Of a DNA stretch of 64,000 nt, positions 61,169 to 64,000 are shown piece by piece (position 1 is the stretch's first letter; each line of letters opens with the position of its first letter). Under the pieces are notes generated by a model. That model saw only the letters and a list, made by a program, of their open reading frames with translations. It was not told where the DNA came from and searched no databases. Origin of the DNA: Klebsormidium nitens (taxonomy: Eukaryota > Plantae > Klebsormidiophyceae); NCBI GenBank assembly GCA_000708835.1, contig DF236959.1, forward strand, positions 226,938 through 290,937, written 5' to 3'. Both the position numbers and the translations under genes were made by a program.

Positions 61169-63942
61169 ATGGGCTGTTCCCTCGGCCTGACATCCCATGG
61201 AATTTTTGTTCCAAAAGTCGGCACGTGACCTGTTTGAGAGAAAGGAATTCGTGCCGATCGACGGAAAAGTCTCGTAATGCCAAAGCCGAGCGGCTCGAAG
61301 CATGTTTGCTTTTATTTTCCTCTGTCTCGTTGCTTATGCACGTGAAGTTCGTCCTGATGTCGATTAGCAAAGAAATTCTGTGAGAAGGAGCGTGTTTCCT
61401 CTCAACCTTGTTGCTTTACCGTTCCTTTCCGGAGCTTTTAGAATGCTTCGGAGTCTTTACGGGATCAAAGGATGTAAGGAGCGCCGTCCTTTGTTGAACC
61501 CTAACCAGGCTCGGTTAACGTAACAGTCCAATTTGGCTACTTCGTGCGTCTATGCCATTCTTCGTTGATCGACTTTTAGAACACAGGAATAACCAGATCC
61601 CTGTAAAAAGAGGTTCGAAGCCCAATACCTAGAAACAGCATGGAATTGAGTTTGTACAATAGAAAATTGCGGAAACCGTAGCTACGTGCCAAAGGCAGTC
61701 TACGAACCAGTCCAAAGAGTTGAAGGCTTGCGGCGACCGTATAGTGACGTGTTACATGCAATCTAGAAAGTTGGTCTTATAGTCGCAAGTATGCGCATAC
61801 TAAGGCTTTTTGCGTACCATCATGGCAAAGAATATATCATTGCGTGTGCAACGTGGCGCCGTTCAATCTTGAAGTACGGTAGCGTCAGAACCGTGCTCGG
61901 GCAAGATTCTTCATGCGGTTCGGCTGTGGAGATCCTAAACTGCACGCTTCTACCGTACTAACTGCGGCCATGTTTCATAGACGGTCATGAACCGTGACCG
62001 CATCAACAACTTGAATATACATCATGCGCCCTTGGATTTAGTATGAACTTTACGAACGTCTCCCTGTGTCAGAGCCAGGGAGATGTTCTCCTCGGTCAGG
62101 CTGCTCACAAGCTATAGTAGGGGACAGCTTTCCCCTTCACCAGATTCATGATCTGGGTACGTGGGAGACCCTTTTCTCCCCCTTACTAATATATAGGTTA
62201 TGGACCCGGAATTCTCCCCGGGCCTCTATAATGATACCCGGGAAAATGTAGTCTCTCTGCCGTGCCAGTCCCGGGGGCCGGCTGGAGCCCGGCAGAGGTG
62301 GGAGTGGGGGAGGAACTTAAGCCATGGAAGGGAGCCAACCCTTGCGGTGTGAGCGGATATGCGCGCATGCATACATAGTCAATTCCATCAAAGTGCGTCC
62401 GACACAGCTGGCGCGCACGGATCGGATGCAGCCGCGCCGCGCCGGCTCTTGTACTAATTCGAACTTCTTTTCTATCAGTTGACATCGAGCATGTCGATCA
62501 CCCGTCACTGCAACTGTCAGTGTCTGTGCGTGCGGGACTGAACGGTTCAACACATATGACCGTGATGAACAGGAAGAAGCTTAAGGTTCATACTAGGTTC
62601 ATAAATAATAGCGGGACGGTCGTTATTCGGAAGCGGAAACGACAATGCACACGTTCCAACTTGGCCCACTTCATTTGCCTCCTTTTGGTTTCACATACGC
62701 AAGAACTGCAAACAAATAGATGGATGCAATAGGACGGGCCTATCACCTAGCTAGCTTGAAAATCAGAAGTACGTAGTAGCCATGCTCAAGCACGGTTATT
62801 TGGGATTTGACTGCCATCTCAACTAACTGAGTGTTCCAGCAACCATCCTCATATCGCATAGTTGAGGAAAGTGCCACGTGACTGTCTGCAATGCAACTCA
62901 AAACTATCAAAGTGACTAGATCGGAAGTCTCATGTCGAAAAGCTCGTCGTCGGAGCTTTCAGTCCTGCGTACAGGCGCCATATATCGCGCTAGAGCTCAG
63001 GTTCAACGAATGGTTGATATTTTCCAGCGTTGAAGCCGTTGTAGCCGACCTGCGTGCAAGAATTGTAGCTTTCAGTCCGAGCACGATGCAAAGCACATCT
63101 TGACATCTTGATAGGCATCGAGAGCCGAGAAGAATCTCGAAGAAGCTAGTGGAGGGTACAAACCGCCTGCGGGTTGAGACTGGTCATGGGCAAGTTCTGG
63201 CGACTGGTAAAAGTGTTTTTGAAAATTGGATTCTCCAAATAGTGCATCATCCAGGCGCAACACGTCAGGAACAGTGACCCCAATTTAGCTTTGGCGGAAG
63301 AGACTCTTGTAGCAACGCGCACCTGGAGTTTCGACAGTTCCTCGGAACCCCAGTCTTTCTCTCGATTTTCAGTCCAAGCTGTGACGAGTTCGTCGTTAAA
63401 CGCACAAGGCCCTTTGTGACGACTCAGGCTCAATTCGAATCACTTGCTATTTGTTAACTGGCAATGCATAGACTTCTGTTTCGAACCCGGCCAAACGCAT
63501 CTTGGAACGGGCCGTCAGTCAAGCACTCGGAAAAACAAATAACTGTGCGCATCAAAGAAGGTATGTCAAGCATCGGATCTCACCAGCTCAAGGTCAGCGT
63601 TCGGCTTCGTCCGGTCGTGGTGTGAGGGGTCGCTCACGTGAATGGCCAACTTGTCGTCTGCAATTTGCGCGGATTGTGTCAGCCAATTAGCTCGAACGTG
63701 TGGAAATGCTGTCGCGAATCTCCCGGCTCTGGGTTCATTACGTCCCTGGACTTTCGAGGCCAACAGAAACATGAATGTATCATTCGCATCATTCCCCTAA
63801 AAGAGTCTTTGTCTACTGTAGTTTTCTCGTCCCCAGACTTTGTCGATCAAAGTAGCCCTTCTCGGGGAGTTTTTCTTCCACGTCAGATCAGTTTGAGTCC
63901 GTGCTCATTCCTCACGCATATCTTCTCCGGGCTACACAGCAG

Positions 63943-64000
63943 GCCGAGCCGTAACATCGTCAAGGGGTACGGCACGTTCAAGGCGGCGCAACTGCCAATG
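63943..64000 (+). CDS. Unassigned coding exon fragment running off the window
   Basis: AG acceptor at 63941-42, then PSRNIVKGYGTFKAAQLPM with GC3-rich codons like other exons here. Gene assignment unknown. Confidence 0.35.

Noticed and set aside
61873-61959. 10-bp inverted repeat AGTACGGTAG/CTACCGTACT as a mini-MITE
   Set aside because: Too short, there is no target-site duplication, and it lies in a palindrome-rich tract where such matches are expected.

Overview
Eukaryotic nuclear DNA: intron-rich genes with GT-AG introns, GC-rich exons and one 662-N assembly gap (49445-50106). Gene content and intron style suggest a streptophyte green alga such as Klebsormidium (inference). By hand-splicing I recover eight complete frame-consistent genes: PHD/ePHD chromatin protein (-), organelle-targeted alpha/beta hydrolase (+), SLAC1/SLAH anion channel (-), LPP-gamma/dolichyl-diphosphatase (-), NDUFS8 (+), MYND-finger protein (-), NUP85 (+) and TBL O-acetyltransferase (+). 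There is also a partial gene at the left edge, a decayed BTB/BACK gene, and a GABA-transaminase-like gene that looks damaged. Repeats include two TA-flanked MITEs and a 20-bp minisatellite. No rRNA, tRNA or CRISPR. The most striking unexplained structure is recurrent splice-junction 'echoes': degenerate tandem copies (about 85-170 bp period) of exon end plus donor lying just inside the downstream intron, or of acceptor plus exon start lying just inside the upstream intron. They occur at roughly ten junctions in five genes, and one forms a possible in-frame 45-nt cassette exon. All homology calls are from recognised motifs and recalled family sequences, not database searches.
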